Shown in pieces: positions 28,327-39,023 of a stretch of DNA of 64,000 nt. Within the stretch, counting starts at the first letter, position 1; each line of letters starts with the position of its first letter. The stretch lies in the NCBI GenBank assembly GCA_021791445.1, contig JAJYWO010000010.1:1304-65303 (forward strand), written 5' to 3'. Made by a program: the position numbers and the translations under genes. The notes below the pieces were generated by a model. It was not told the DNA's origin, did not search any database, and saw only the letters and a program-made list of their open reading frames with translations. This DNA comes from a bacterium (GTDB taxonomy: Bacteria > Patescibacteriota > Minisyncoccia > UBA6257 > UBA9933).

Positions 28327-30168
28327 ATGCGTTCATTATATACAAACCTCAATGAAAAGCAACAGCGGGCTGTGGAAAACTTGGAAGGCCCGATTTTGAT
28401 AGTTGCCGGCGCCGGAAGCGGTAAAACTCGGACTTTAACCAGCCGCTTAGGCGCCATTTTAGCGTCCGGAGCGGTTCCGGAAAGCGTGGTGGCTATTACT
28501 TTCACCAATAAAGCGGCGGAAGAGATGAAAAATAGGGTTAGAAATATTGAAAATTGTAAATTGAAAATCGAAAATTTATTCATCGGCACTTTTCATTCCC
28601 TCGGAGCGAGAATTTTGAAAAAAGAAGCGAAATTAGCGGGGAGAACGCCGAATTTTTCCATTTTTGACGGCGATGATTCCCTTCGGCTCATAAAAAATAT
28701 CGTTAAAAATCTGAATTTGCCGGAACATAAAAAACAAAGGGAGGCGAATCCGCTCTTTCTGCGGCGCGAATTTTCAAGAATTAAAAGCGAATTATCAGAT
28801 ATTGAAGATGAAGACGAATTAACCGGAGCATTTTTTAAAGAGTATGAAGAGGCCTTGCGGAAAAACAACGCTTTTGATTTTGACGATTTGATTGAAAAGC
28901 CGATAAGGATTTTTCAAAATCATAAAGATATCCTTGAAAAATACCAAAAGCGGTTCCGTTATATTTTAGTGGACGAGTTTCAAGATACCAACACGGCGCA
29001 GTATGTTTTCGTGAAATTACTGGCGGAAGGGCATCAAAATCTGAGCGTTGTCGGAGACGACCAGCAGTCAATTTATAAATTCCGCGGCTCCAATTTTAAA
29101 ATCTTTCTTAATTTTGAAAACGATTGGCCGAAAACGAAAACCGTTTTTTTGGAGCAAAATTACCGTTCCAGCGGCAATATTATTAAAGCCGCGTCTTCCG
29201 TGATAGCCAACAATAAATTTCAGAAACCGAAAAATCTTTGGACGGAAAATCCGGACGGCGATTTGGTGAGAGTGGCAGAGCATAACGGTGAGGATGAAGA
29301 GGCGGAGTGGGTGACAGACAAGATATTTAAATATTTAAATATTGAAAAATTTAAATATGAAAATAATTCTGTTGCGGTTCTTTATCGCACCAACGCGCAG
29401 TCGCGGGCGATTGAAAGCGCGTTGATTGAGCGCGGTATTGTTTACAAAATTTTCGGCGGCGTGAAATTTTACGAGCGTAAAGAAATCAAAGATATTGTGG
29501 CGGTTTTACGATGGTCTTTTAATCAAAATGATATGGTAAGTTTTGAACGCATAAAAACAGCGTTTTTAAAAAAGCCGTTTTTGGAAATTCAAAATAAAGC
29601 TCCGGCAATGGCGGGAAAGCTGTCACCGGCGGAATTAATTAGCTATATTCTGGAAACCGGCGAGTATCCGGAAAGATTAAAAAGAACCGAAGATAATTTT
29701 CAAGAACGCATTGAAAACATCAATGAGCTTATTTATTTCGCTTCGGAATTTAACAGTCTGACGGAATTTTTGGAAAAAATTTCCTTGTTTCAATCCGGCG
29801 ATAGGGGGAAAACCAATAAATTATCAGATGTTAAAGGTCAGATGTTAGATGTTAACTTAATGACCATCCATATCGCCAAAGGGTTGGAATTCGACGAAGT
29901 TTTTATTATCGGCTGCAATGAAGGATTATTACCGCATCAAATGTCGTATCATAATAATGAGGAAATAGAGGAAGAGCGGCGGCTGATGTATGTGGCGATG
30001 ACCCGCGCCAAGAAAAATCTCTATCTGAATTTTTACAATATCCCGTCGCGCTTTCTTTCCGAAATCGCTCCGGAAACGGTTGAGGTTGTCATTAATAAAA
30101 AAGGAAATAAATATGAAACATTAAGCGATTTTCTGGATGACGAGGAAAGATATATAGAATTTGATTAA
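28327..30168 (+). CDS. pcrA: UvrD/PcrA SF1 DNA helicase
   Basis: AGAGSGKT, TFTNKAA, VDEFQDTN, VGDDQQSIY, LEQNYRS, TIHIAKGLEF, EERRLMYVAMTRA. Confidence 0.93.
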   Translation: MRSLYTNLNEKQQRAVENLEGPILIVAGAGSGKTRTLTSRLGAILASGAVPESVVAITFTNKAAEEMKNRVRNIENCKLKIENLFIGTFHSLGARILKKEAKLAGRTPNFSIFDGDDSLRLIKNIVKNLNLPEHKKQREANPLFLRREFSRIKSELSDIEDEDELTGAFFKEYEEALRKNNAFDFDDLIEKPIRIFQNHKDILEKYQKRFRYILVDEFQDTNTAQYVFVKLLAEGHQNLSVVGDDQQSIYKFRGSNFKIFLNFENDWPKTKTVFLEQNYRSSGNIIKAASSVIANNKFQKPKNLWTENPDGDLVRVAEHNGEDEEAEWVTDKIFKYLNIEKFKYENNSVAVLYRTNAQSRAIESALIERGIVYKIFGGVKFYERKEIKDIVAVLRWSFNQNDMVSFERIKTAFLKKPFLEIQNKAPAMAGKLSPAELISYILETGEYPERLKRTEDNFQERIENINELIYFASEFNSLTEFLEKISLFQSGDRGKTNKLSDVKGQMLDVNLMTIHIAKGLEFDEVFIIGCNEGLLPHQMSYHNNEEIEEERRLMYVAMTRAKKNLYLNFYNIPSRFLSEIAPETVEVVINKKGNKYETLSDFLDDEERYIEFD

Positions 30169-30172
30169 ATTT

Positions 30173-30646
30173 ATGATTGTAATTCTTCATAATATCAGAA
30201 GTTTATATAATGTGGGCTCTATATTTCGCACTGCCGATGCCGCGGGCATTGAAAAAATTTATTTGTGCGGCATTACGCCGAAGCCAGTTAACGAATTCGG
30301 CAGATTGCGGTCGCAATTAACCAAAGTTTCGCTGGGCGCGGAAAAATATATCGAATGGGAATATTGCAAATCAACAACGCGGTTAATTGATAAACTTCGA
30401 CGCAATGGATATAAAATTTTCAGCATTGAGCAATCAAAAAAATCTATTCCGTATTATTCTCTAAAAGCTAAAAGCTATAAGCTAAAAGCCGTTGCCTTAG
30501 TTTTAGGCAATGAAATAAAGGGTTTACCGCAATCCATTTTGAAACGCAGCGATAAAATTCTGGAAATTCCGATGAAGGGCAAAAAAGAGTCATTAAATGT
30601 GTCAGTGGCGTTTGGAATAGTTGCGTTTCACTTGATAAATTCTTAA
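30173..30646 (+). CDS. SpoU/TrmH family RNA methyltransferase
   Basis: NVGSIFRTADA, LGNEIKG, IPMKGKKESLNVSVA. Confidence 0.9.
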   Translation: MIVILHNIRSLYNVGSIFRTADAAGIEKIYLCGITPKPVNEFGRLRSQLTKVSLGAEKYIEWEYCKSTTRLIDKLRRNGYKIFSIEQSKKSIPYYSLKAKSYKLKAVALVLGNEIKGLPQSILKRSDKILEIPMKGKKESLNVSVAFGIVAFHLINS

Positions 30647-30655
30647 AATAATTAA

Positions 30656-31111
30656 ATGTTGATTTACATCGGGGCGGACCATCAGGGCTTTAAACTGAAA
30701 GACGCCTTGAAAAAATTTTTAAAAGAGCGCGGCTATGAAGTGATTGATATCGGCAATGACAAATACGATGAAAACGACGATTATCCGGATTTTGCGGCAT
30801 TGGTCGCTCGGCAAGTGGCGCAGGACGTTTTTACGCGAAAGGGCGTTTTAATTTGCGGCTCGGGGGCGGGCGTGGACATTACTGCCAATAAATTCAAAGA
30901 TATCCGTTCGGTTTTGGCAACCAATCCGGATCAGGCTTATTTAAGCCGCAAAGACGATGACACTAATGTTTTGTCTTTGGCCGCCGAATTTACAACCGAG
31001 GAAGCCGCCAAGAAAATTTTAAGCGTTTGGCTGTCAACGCCTTTTTCCGGCGGCGAAAGGTATAAGCGGCGGATTGAAAAAATAAGAAACATTGAATATG
31101 GCAATTATTAA
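30656..31111 (+). CDS. rpiB: Ribose-5-phosphate isomerase B
   Basis: GADHQG, DYPD, CGSGAG, ANK, NVL, F.GGERY.RR. Confidence 0.9.
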   Translation: MLIYIGADHQGFKLKDALKKFLKERGYEVIDIGNDKYDENDDYPDFAALVARQVAQDVFTRKGVLICGSGAGVDITANKFKDIRSVLATNPDQAYLSRKDDDTNVLSLAAEFTTEEAAKKILSVWLSTPFSGGERYKRRIEKIRNIEYGNY

Positions 31112-31269
31112 AATATATCGCGTCCCGAAGCGATATTATTGATATTTTTTAAAATAGATTTATAATACTCGCATAGTTTAAAAAAATAATTCAAACTCAA
31201 AAATTTGTTTTATCCGGCCTTCGCCCTGTTGGTTCTGATAAGCAAGTTTAAGGAAAACACAAAGAAGAG

Positions 31270-31629
31270 ATGAACAAGACATGGGGCAAGCATCTTATTA
31301 TTGATGCTTACGGAATTGATTACGCAAAATTAAGAAACCAAAAATCAATAAAAAATTTATTAAAGGATTTGCCGAAGAAATTCAAGATGAGGCCCTTGGG
31401 CAAGGAATCGGTAAAAAAAGTTTCTTCGGATTTTTATCCGGATTGGGGAGTGTCGGGATTCGTGATGCTTTATGAAAGCCATATTTCTCTGCACACTTGG
31501 CCGGAAGAAGGATATGTGGCAATGGACCTTTATTCTTGCAAGGATTTTGATGACAAGGCGATTGTGAAATATCTCAGGGAATTTTGGAACGCGAAAAAAA
31601 TGAAAATAAAAGTCGTTATCAGAGGATAG
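31270..31629 (+). CDS. speD: S-adenosylmethionine decarboxylase proenzyme
   Basis: GKHLIID, GVSG, ESHISLHTWPE (self-cleavage site), DLYSC. Confidence 0.9.
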   Translation: MNKTWGKHLIIDAYGIDYAKLRNQKSIKNLLKDLPKKFKMRPLGKESVKKVSSDFYPDWGVSGFVMLYESHISLHTWPEEGYVAMDLYSCKDFDDKAIVKYLREFWNAKKMKIKVVIRG

Positions 31630-31642
31630 AGCAATCGCGAAT

Positions 31643-32635
31643 ATGGCGAATAAAACAAAAATAGCGATAAACGGGTTTGGGAGAATCGGCCGGCTTTTTT
31701 TGCGGCAGATTATCAATGAGCCGAATATAGAAATTGTCGCCATTAACGACTTGGGTGATGTTGAAAATCTGCGTTATTTGTTCAAATACGATTCGGTTTA
31801 CGGCCGTTTTGAGCAAGATATCAGCAATATAAAATTTTTGCAGGAAAAAGACCCGCTGAAATTGCCGTGGAAAGATTTGGGGATAGATATTGTGATTGAA
31901 GCAACCGGCGTTTTTGAAACTTACGAAAAAGCCAAAGCGCATTTGGACGCGGGCGCGAAAAGAGTTGTCTTGACCGCGCCGGCGAAAGATGCGGACGGCG
32001 AATTGGGGAAAACTATATTAATAGGCGTTAATGAAGGCGATTTGAAAACTTGTTCTATTTCTTCCAATGCTTCTTGCACCACCAACGGCATTGCTCCGGT
32101 TTTAGCGGTTTTGAGCGAAAATCCGGGCATTGAAAAAGCGGTTTTAAACACGATACACGCGCTCACCAATACTCAAACAACCGTTGATAGTCCCGTAAAA
32201 GGCAGTGATTTTCGGCGCGGCCGGGCAGCTGGTCAGAACATTATTCCTTCCACCACCGGCGCGGCCATCGCCTCCACCCGCGTTATCAAGAATTTGGAAG
32301 GAAAATTTGACGGCATCGCTTTGCGCGTGCCGATTATCACCGGTTCCGTTGCGGACATTACTTTTATCAGTAAAAGAGAAACATCGGTTGAAGAAATAAA
32401 TAAAATTTTGAAAGACGCGTCGCAATCCGAAAAATGGAAAGGAATTTTGAAAACCGCCGAAGACCAGATCGTTTCTTCGGATATAATCGCCGAACCGTAC
32501 GGAGCGATTATTGATTTGAAATTCACCAAAGTGATTGGCGGGAACTTGGTGAAAATTTTATCATGGTATGACAACGAATGGGGTTATGTGGCGATGCTGA
32601 AAAAACACGTTTTGGAAGTTGCGAAAATTTTATAA
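31643..32635 (+). CDS. gap: Glyceraldehyde-3-phosphate dehydrogenase type I
   Basis: INGFGRIGR, SNASCTTN, NIIPSTTGAA, WYDNEWGY. Confidence 0.96.
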   Translation: MANKTKIAINGFGRIGRLFLRQIINEPNIEIVAINDLGDVENLRYLFKYDSVYGRFEQDISNIKFLQEKDPLKLPWKDLGIDIVIEATGVFETYEKAKAHLDAGAKRVVLTAPAKDADGELGKTILIGVNEGDLKTCSISSNASCTTNGIAPVLAVLSENPGIEKAVLNTIHALTNTQTTVDSPVKGSDFRRGRAAGQNIIPSTTGAAIASTRVIKNLEGKFDGIALRVPIITGSVADITFISKRETSVEEINKILKDASQSEKWKGILKTAEDQIVSSDIIAEPYGAIIDLKFTKVIGGNLVKILSWYDNEWGYVAMLKKHVLEVAKIL

Positions 32636-32681
32636 TTTTTAATTTTTTGCTTTTTCTCTTAAATCGGCTAAAATATAGCCA

Positions 32682-34445
32682 ATGATCAATTCTCCCGTGC
32701 AGGAAATTAAAGACCGGCTGGACATCGTTGAATTTATCCGTTCTTATGTTCAGCTTTTGCCGGCAGGCAAGAATTTCAGGGCCTGCTGCCCTTTTCATAA
32801 AGAAAAAACTCCTTCTTTTATGGTTTCGCCGGACAGGCAGACATGGCATTGTTTCGGCGCTTGCGCCGAAGGCGGAGATATTTTCAAGTTTGTGATGAAG
32901 CATGATAATCTGGAATTTTACGAAGCTTTGAACTTTCTGGCGGAAAAGGCGGGGGTGGAATTGAGGAAATTTTCTCCGGCTGACCAGCGGCAATTTGGCG
33001 TTTTATACGACATTAACGATTTCGCGAAAAAATTTTTTCAAAAACAGCTGGAATTTTCCAAAGAGGCGAATGAATATCTGGCGAATCGCGGATTGAAAAA
33101 AGAAACTATTGAAGAATTTGAAATCGGATTCGCGCCGCAAAGTTTTGATAATTTGACCGTGCATTTAATAAATTCCGGATACGCTGTGGCTGACATTGAA
33201 CGGGCGGGATTGAATTTTAAAAGCGAACGCGGCGGCTACATTGACAGATTCCGCGGCCGGATAATGTTCCCGATTTACAATCATTTCGGCAAGACCATTG
33301 GTTTTTCTGCCAGAATTCTTCCGCAATACGACAACGGCGAGACCGGAAAGTACATCAACAGTCCGGAGACCGCGATTTTCAACAAGTCAAAAGTTCTTTA
33401 CGGATTCCATAAAAGCAAGAATTTTATTAAAGAAAAAAAGGAAGCGGTTTTAGTGGAAGGACAAATGGATTTTTTGATGGCTTGGCAGGATGGAATGAAA
33501 AACGTTGCCGCGACTTCGGGCACGGCTTTGACGCCGGACCATTTGGCGGTTCTGTGGCGCTTGACGGATAAAGTGATTTTTTGTTTTGACAACGATGAGG
33601 CCGGTTTAAAAGCCGCGGAACGGAGCATTGATTTGGCGCAAAACCGCGATTTTAGCGTAAGATTGCTTATTTTGGAAGATTATAAAGATCCGGCTGACGC
33701 CGTAAAACACAAGCCGGGGATTTTGGAAAAACTGGCGCAAAAAGCCAAGCCGGCGATGGAATTTTATTTCAACCGCTATCTTCAAAGCGCGGACAAGCGC
33801 GGACTTAACGCGGACAAACGCGGAAACATCAGCGATTTAAAGAATAACATAAGAGTAGTTTTGGCGAAAATTAAAAATCTGGCGAGTCCGATTGAGCGGC
33901 AATATTGGCTGCATGAGCTGGCTTTAAAAACACGCGTGAAGGAAGAGGCGTTGAATGAAGAAATGGGACAGCTGAAAATTCCAAATTACAAAACCCAAAT
34001 TACAAACATAAACACCGATAACGCGCAAAATAATAAAATTATTCCGGAGACGAGAATGGAATTGCTGGCGCAGAAATTAATCGGCTTGATGTCTTTGGAT
34101 GAAAATTTGTATTCAATCGCCGGAGATTTTTTGGAATATTTGCCGGAAAATTATTCCATGGTTGCGCGGAGCTTGGTGGAAAAAGTTCCACTGGAAAGCG
34201 AAGAGCATAATAATTTATTGGGCGCCATATCGCTGAAAACATCTTTTGAAATTCAGATTTTCGACCAAGAAAAAATAAACAATGAATTTCAGGAATTGGC
34301 GCGCCAGCTGCGGCTGGAGTATTTAAGAAATAAGAGGCAGGAATTGGTTAATGCCTTGAAAGAAGCGGAAAGCGACGGCGGTGAAAAAGATGTGGAGGCG
34401 CTTTTGCGGGAGTTTGACGAGATTTCAAAGTTGATGCATAATTAA
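32682..34445 (+). CDS. dnaG: DNA primase
   Basis: CPFHKEKTPSF zinc finger, FRGRIMFPI, KYINSPET, VEGQMD, FDNDEAG, KDPAD. Confidence 0.96.
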   Translation: MINSPVQEIKDRLDIVEFIRSYVQLLPAGKNFRACCPFHKEKTPSFMVSPDRQTWHCFGACAEGGDIFKFVMKHDNLEFYEALNFLAEKAGVELRKFSPADQRQFGVLYDINDFAKKFFQKQLEFSKEANEYLANRGLKKETIEEFEIGFAPQSFDNLTVHLINSGYAVADIERAGLNFKSERGGYIDRFRGRIMFPIYNHFGKTIGFSARILPQYDNGETGKYINSPETAIFNKSKVLYGFHKSKNFIKEKKEAVLVEGQMDFLMAWQDGMKNVAATSGTALTPDHLAVLWRLTDKVIFCFDNDEAGLKAAERSIDLAQNRDFSVRLLILEDYKDPADAVKHKPGILEKLAQKAKPAMEFYFNRYLQSADKRGLNADKRGNISDLKNNIRVVLAKIKNLASPIERQYWLHELALKTRVKEEALNEEMGQLKIPNYKTQITNINTDNAQNNKIIPETRMELLAQKLIGLMSLDENLYSIAGDFLEYLPENYSMVARSLVEKVPLESEEHNNLLGAISLKTSFEIQIFDQEKINNEFQELARQLRLEYLRNKRQELVNALKEAESDGGEKDVEALLREFDEISKLMHN

Positions 34446-34454
34446 TAAACTAAA

Positions 34455-35699
34455 ATGAAAAATCATAAATTAAAATTAAAAAAGAAAAAGAAAATTATCA
34501 AATCTAAAAAGAAGAAAATTTTAAAGAAAGCTTCTAAAAAATCTGTTAAAAAAGTAAAAAAGCCGGCGAAAAGAATCGCCAAAAAAACGGCGAAAGCGAA
34601 GCCACCGAAAAAGAAATTTAAATTCAACGAGGAAGAACTCAACGAACTTATCAGGCGCGGAAAAACGCGCGGTTTTGTGATTGATTCGGAAATTCTTTAC
34701 ACTTTTCCGGATATTGAAAAAGACATCCGTTTTTTGGAGGAAATTTATGAACGGCTGGAAAGCGCTAATGTAAAAATTATCGAAGCCGGCCATTTAATAG
34801 ACGTTTCCGAAAAAGAAGAAATAAGCAAAAAAGAAATTGAGAAAGCCACGGAAATAGAGTCGGAAATCCGTTTGCCGGACGCGGTTCAGATGTATCTTAA
34901 AGAAATAGGCAAAACCGCGCTTTTGACCGGCGCGCAGGAAAAAGAATTGGCGAAGCGCGCGGAAAAAGGCGATGAAGAAGCGCGACAACATTTGATTCAG
35001 GCGAACTTGCGCTTGGTCGCTTCAATCGCCAAGCGTTATGTTTACCGCAGTCCGAATCTAAGCATTCTTGATTTAATGCAGGAAGGGAACATCGGTCTCT
35101 CCAAAGCGGTGGAAAAATTCGATTATCGCAAGGGATTCAAATTTTCCACTTACGCGACTTGGTGGATAAGGCAGGCGATCACCCGCGCCTTGGCGGACCA
35201 GTCGCGCACCATCAGGATTCCGGTGCATATGATTGAAACCATTTCAAAATACACCCAAACTAAAAGAAAGTTGGCGCAGGAATTAAACCGCGAGCCGCTA
35301 GCCGAGGAAATCGCCATTGAAATGGAAACATCGGTTGAGAAAATCCGGCATCTCCAGAAAATTTCCCAAGAAGTGCTTTCTTTGGAAGCGCCCATCGGCG
35401 AAGACGACGATGATTCAACTTTGTCGGAATTGGTGAAAGACGAAAAAAGTCCGACTTCGTCGCAAATTGTTTCCCGCGTTTTATTAAGGGAAAAACTTGA
35501 TGATATTTTCAATGATTTATCCCCGCGCGAGCAGGAAATTTTAAAATTGCGCTTCGGCTTGGATGACGGCGTAAGCCATACGCTTGAAGAGGTGGGCAAA
35601 AAATTCGGCGTTACCCGCGAAAGAATCAGGCAAATTGAAGCCAAAACTCTGGAAAAGATAAAAAAACACCAGAAAGCCAATGCGCTTGAAGAATACTAA
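34455..35699 (+). CDS. rpoD: Primary RNA polymerase sigma factor with Lys-rich N-terminus
   Basis: [42 protein letters not shown]...TRERIRQIE. Confidence 0.95.
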   Translation: MKNHKLKLKKKKKIIKSKKKKILKKASKKSVKKVKKPAKRIAKKTAKAKPPKKKFKFNEEELNELIRRGKTRGFVIDSEILYTFPDIEKDIRFLEEIYERLESANVKIIEAGHLIDVSEKEEISKKEIEKATEIESEIRLPDAVQMYLKEIGKTALLTGAQEKELAKRAEKGDEEARQHLIQANLRLVASIAKRYVYRSPNLSILDLMQEGNIGLSKAVEKFDYRKGFKFSTYATWWIRQAITRALADQSRTIRIPVHMIETISKYTQTKRKLAQELNREPLAEEIAIEMETSVEKIRHLQKISQEVLSLEAPIGEDDDDSTLSELVKDEKSPTSSQIVSRVLLREKLDDIFNDLSPREQEILKLRFGLDDGVSHTLEEVGKKFGVTRERIRQIEAKTLEKIKKHQKANALEEY

Positions 35700-35800
35700 A
35701 TCGGCGTGGTATAATAAATAAGTCGAAAATTATGAATTAATGAGTTGTGAGTTAACGAATTAATCCGTTAACTCGTTAATTCGTTAATCAATAATAATTT

Positions 35801-37186
35801 ATGAAAAAAATATTTACCGTATTTTTGTTCGTTTCAATGGTCGCGTTGTCGTCGGTCGCTTTGGCGCAGAATGACCTGTCCGGTCAGGAAATTACCGTCA
35901 AAGATTTGGGCGTGGAAAACCCAGGCATTTTGCCGACCAGCCCGTTTTATTTCTTTAAAAGCATAACCCGCAACATAAAGAGGGTTTTTACGGTTGATCC
36001 GGTGAAAAAAGCAGAGTTGGAATTAAACATTGCCAATCAGCAGGCCGCGGAAATAAAAAAACTTGAAGAAGTGGCGCCGGAGCGCGTTAACGCGATTTCC
36101 AGGGCGACCGCCAATTATCAGGAGAATGTTGAACGTTTAAAAACTCGTTTGGATAATTTGCGGGAGAACAGCCAAAATCCCAATATTGATAAGTTGGTTG
36201 AAAAATTGGCTGACCAGTCAATCAAACATCAGCAGCTTTTTGACGAATTGAAAAGCAAATTTGAGGACAATGACGAATTAAAACAGCGCATTGAATCGGC
36301 TCAGGAAAAAATCAGCGAAACGGCCGCGAAAATTCCGGAAAAATTCGATAATCCGGAAATGTTTCGCGAGAGAATGGAAAAAATTTTAAAAGCTCGGCCG
36401 GAAGGCGTTGTTAATGAATTAAAGCGGATAGAAATCATTGACCGCATTGCTGATAAAATTCCAGTTGAACAAAGAAAAGAAATAGAAGGAATAAAGGAAA
36501 AAATGATGGAAGAATTCGGCGATAAAATTGAAAAATTGCCGGAAATCCAAAAGGGAAAAATTTTGAAGCCGGAATTTTTTGAAATGATTCCGGGCGACGC
36601 CGGACAAAGGGTGAAAATTCTGGAAGAAATAAAAAGCAAAGTCGGTTCTTCGGAAATCAGGGGGAAAATAATGGAAGCCGGAGAGAAGATTTTGGAAAAT
36701 AAAATTGAAAGCCGGGAAATAAAAAAAGAAGATGTTTTAAGGATGATGGAATATGTGAAGGAATTGATTGTTAAAGCGGAGGCCGCGGTAGCGGGGATAG
36801 AAGACGAGGAATTCCGCGCCAAGAGAAAGAGATTATTGGAAGAAATAAGAACGCGTTTCTCCAAGGCGGAAGCGGTTTTAGATGAAGGCAAAATCGGCGA
36901 AGCGTTTGGTATTGTCAATTCAGCTGGCGCGGAAACGAAAAAGTTCTTGATTCAACCGGCGGTTGACGCGGTTAGGCCGATTCAGGAAATCAATATAAAA
37001 CCGTCAATTCGGCCAATAGAATCCGGAACCGCGACATCTGGTCCGCTTACGCCGTCGTCAAATATAATGCCGATTGAGCCGAAAGAAACGGAACAAATTC
37101 AGGAAAAAGTCCAAGAAATAAAACCGGAAATCGCGCCGATGATAAAAAACATTATTCCGGAAATCCCCTTGATGCCGAAATACTAA
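35801..37186 (+). CDS. Secreted helical protein with DUF5667-like N-terminal domain
   Basis: Signal peptide then NPGILPTSPFYFFK motif; charged coiled-coil body. Confidence 0.75.
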   Translation: MKKIFTVFLFVSMVALSSVALAQNDLSGQEITVKDLGVENPGILPTSPFYFFKSITRNIKRVFTVDPVKKAELELNIANQQAAEIKKLEEVAPERVNAISRATANYQENVERLKTRLDNLRENSQNPNIDKLVEKLADQSIKHQQLFDELKSKFEDNDELKQRIESAQEKISETAAKIPEKFDNPEMFRERMEKILKARPEGVVNELKRIEIIDRIADKIPVEQRKEIEGIKEKMMEEFGDKIEKLPEIQKGKILKPEFFEMIPGDAGQRVKILEEIKSKVGSSEIRGKIMEAGEKILENKIESREIKKEDVLRMMEYVKELIVKAEAAVAGIEDEEFRAKRKRLLEEIRTRFSKAEAVLDEGKIGEAFGIVNSAGAETKKFLIQPAVDAVRPIQEINIKPSIRPIESGTATSGPLTPSSNIMPIEPKETEQIQEKVQEIKPEIAPMIKNIIPEIPLMPKY

Positions 37187-37189
37187 AAC

Positions 37190-38971
37190 ATGACATCGGA
37201 GCAAATCAGAGAAAAATTTTTGGAGTTTTTTGAAAAGAAGGGACATAAAATTGTCCCTTCTTCTTCTTTAATTCCGGACGACCCGTCCGTGCTTTTGACG
37301 ACCGCCGGAATGCAGCAATTCAAAAGATATTACACTGCAGAGCTTGATGCGACAGCTGATTTCGGTTCGCAGCGGACGGTTTCCGCTCAAAAATGTTTTC
37401 GCACCAGCGATATTGAGGAAACCGGCGATAAAACCCATCTCACTTTTTTTGAAATGCTGGGGAATTTTTCTTTCGGCCCGGTCGGTTCGGATAATCCGGA
37501 AGATTTTAAAACAAGCGGCTATTTTAAGCGCTCTTCCATTTTTTGGTCTTACGAATTTATAACGGAAATTTTAGGCATTGGCGTTGACAGAATAACGGTG
37601 TCGGTTTTCAAGGGTGACGACGCTACGCCTTTTGACGAAGAATCTTATAATATCTGGCACAAAGAACTTGGCATTCCGAAAGACAAAATTATTTTAGGAA
37701 GCCGCGTTGACAATTTTTGGGGGCCGACCGGCGACGAAGGTCCTTGCGGCCCGTGCACGGAAATTTACGTTGACGGAGTGGAAATATGGAACAATGTTTT
37801 CAATGAATATTACAAGGAGAAAAACGGCGGTTTTGTGAAAACGGAAAATCCGGGCGTGGATACCGGCATGGGGTTGGAAAGATTGACGGCAATGATGCAG
37901 GGCGTTGACGATGTTTTTGGAACGGATATTTTCCAGCCGCTGGTCGCAAAAGTCAGGGAATCGGTTTCGTCGGAACACGACAGGGTGGTGAGAATTTTGG
38001 CGGACCATTTGCGCGCTTCCATTTTTTTAATTGGCGACGGTATCAGGCCCTCCAATAAAGAGGCGGGTTATATTTTGCGGAGATTGCTTCGCCGAATTAT
38101 GGCTTATCAAATTAAATACGACATTCACGCTGATTTGTTTCCGGAAAGCGTTGAAATAATAAAAAATAAATTCGGCAAGACTTATCCGGAATTGAACGAA
38201 ACTAAAAAAATTTTGGAAGTTTTGGAAGATGAGAAGCAAAAATTTCAAGAAGCGGTGGGCCGGGGGATGAAAGAAATAGAAAAATTTAAGGAAATCGGCG
38301 GCAAAGAGGCGTTTTATCTTTACGAAACATTCGGCTTGCCTTTTGAATTGATTAAAGAATTGGCGCCGAAAGAAGCGATTGAGAATTTATATAAAGAGGA
38401 TTTTGACAAGGAATTTGAAAAACACCAGGAAATTTCCCGCAGCGGAGCGGAGAAAAAATTCGGCGGCCACGGTTTGCTTTTGGACACCGGCGAATTGAAA
38501 GCCGGCAGCGAGGAAGAAATGAAAAAAGTCATTCGGTTTCACACCGCCACCCATTTGTTGCAATGGGCTCTGCGTGAAGTATTGGGGAAAGACGTGAGGC
38601 AGATGGGCTCGGACATCAATCCCGAACGGATGCGCTTTGATTTTTCTTTTAGCAGAAAAATGACAAGCGAAGAAATTAAAAAAGCCGAAGATTTGGTCAA
38701 TGAAAAAATCAAAGAAAATTTACCGGTTCATTTCAAAGAAATGTTGAAAAACGAAGCTGAGAAAATCGGCGCGTTGAGCTTTTTCAAGGCGAAATATCCG
38801 GAAACGGTGAAAGTGTATTTTATAGGACCAATAAGTCCAATGGGATTTTTGAGCGCGGAATTTTGCGGCGGGCCGCATGTAAACTGGACTTCCGAAATCG
38901 GAAAGTTTAAAATTACGAAAGAAGAAGCATCAAGCGCCGGCATTAGAAGGATAAGGGCAACTGTCTTATAA
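37190..38971 (+). CDS. alaS: Alanine--tRNA ligase, lacking the C-Ala domain
   Basis: TTAGMQ, HLTFFEMLGN, GPCGPCTEI, DTGMGLERL, HTATH and CGGPHV editing motifs; ends at GIRRIRA. Confidence 0.95.
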   Translation: MTSEQIREKFLEFFEKKGHKIVPSSSLIPDDPSVLLTTAGMQQFKRYYTAELDATADFGSQRTVSAQKCFRTSDIEETGDKTHLTFFEMLGNFSFGPVGSDNPEDFKTSGYFKRSSIFWSYEFITEILGIGVDRITVSVFKGDDATPFDEESYNIWHKELGIPKDKIILGSRVDNFWGPTGDEGPCGPCTEIYVDGVEIWNNVFNEYYKEKNGGFVKTENPGVDTGMGLERLTAMMQGVDDVFGTDIFQPLVAKVRESVSSEHDRVVRILADHLRASIFLIGDGIRPSNKEAGYILRRLLRRIMAYQIKYDIHADLFPESVEIIKNKFGKTYPELNETKKILEVLEDEKQKFQEAVGRGMKEIEKFKEIGGKEAFYLYETFGLPFELIKELAPKEAIENLYKEDFDKEFEKHQEISRSGAEKKFGGHGLLLDTGELKAGSEEEMKKVIRFHTATHLLQWALREVLGKDVRQMGSDINPERMRFDFSFSRKMTSEEIKKAEDLVNEKIKENLPVHFKEMLKNEAEKIGALSFFKAKYPETVKVYFIGPISPMGFLSAEFCGGPHVNWTSEIGKFKITKEEASSAGIRRIRATVL

Positions 38972-39022
38972 GACCAATAAGACCAACAGGGCCAATAGGA
39001 CTTATAGGACCAATAAGACCGA
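38969..39022. repeat. 9-mer tandem repeat (ATAAGACCA/ATAGGACCA)
   Basis: About 6 degenerate units; the same unit occurs in-frame in alaS at 38822-38845. Confidence 0.7.
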
Positions 39023-39023
39023 T

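Noticed and set aside
28317-28589. N-terminal extension of the M23 ORF
   Set aside because: Antisense to conserved uvrD motifs
31195-31269. Possible SAM riboswitch upstream of speD
   Set aside because: Only a weak TTATC/GATAA stem; I could not identify core motifs of any SAM riboswitch class
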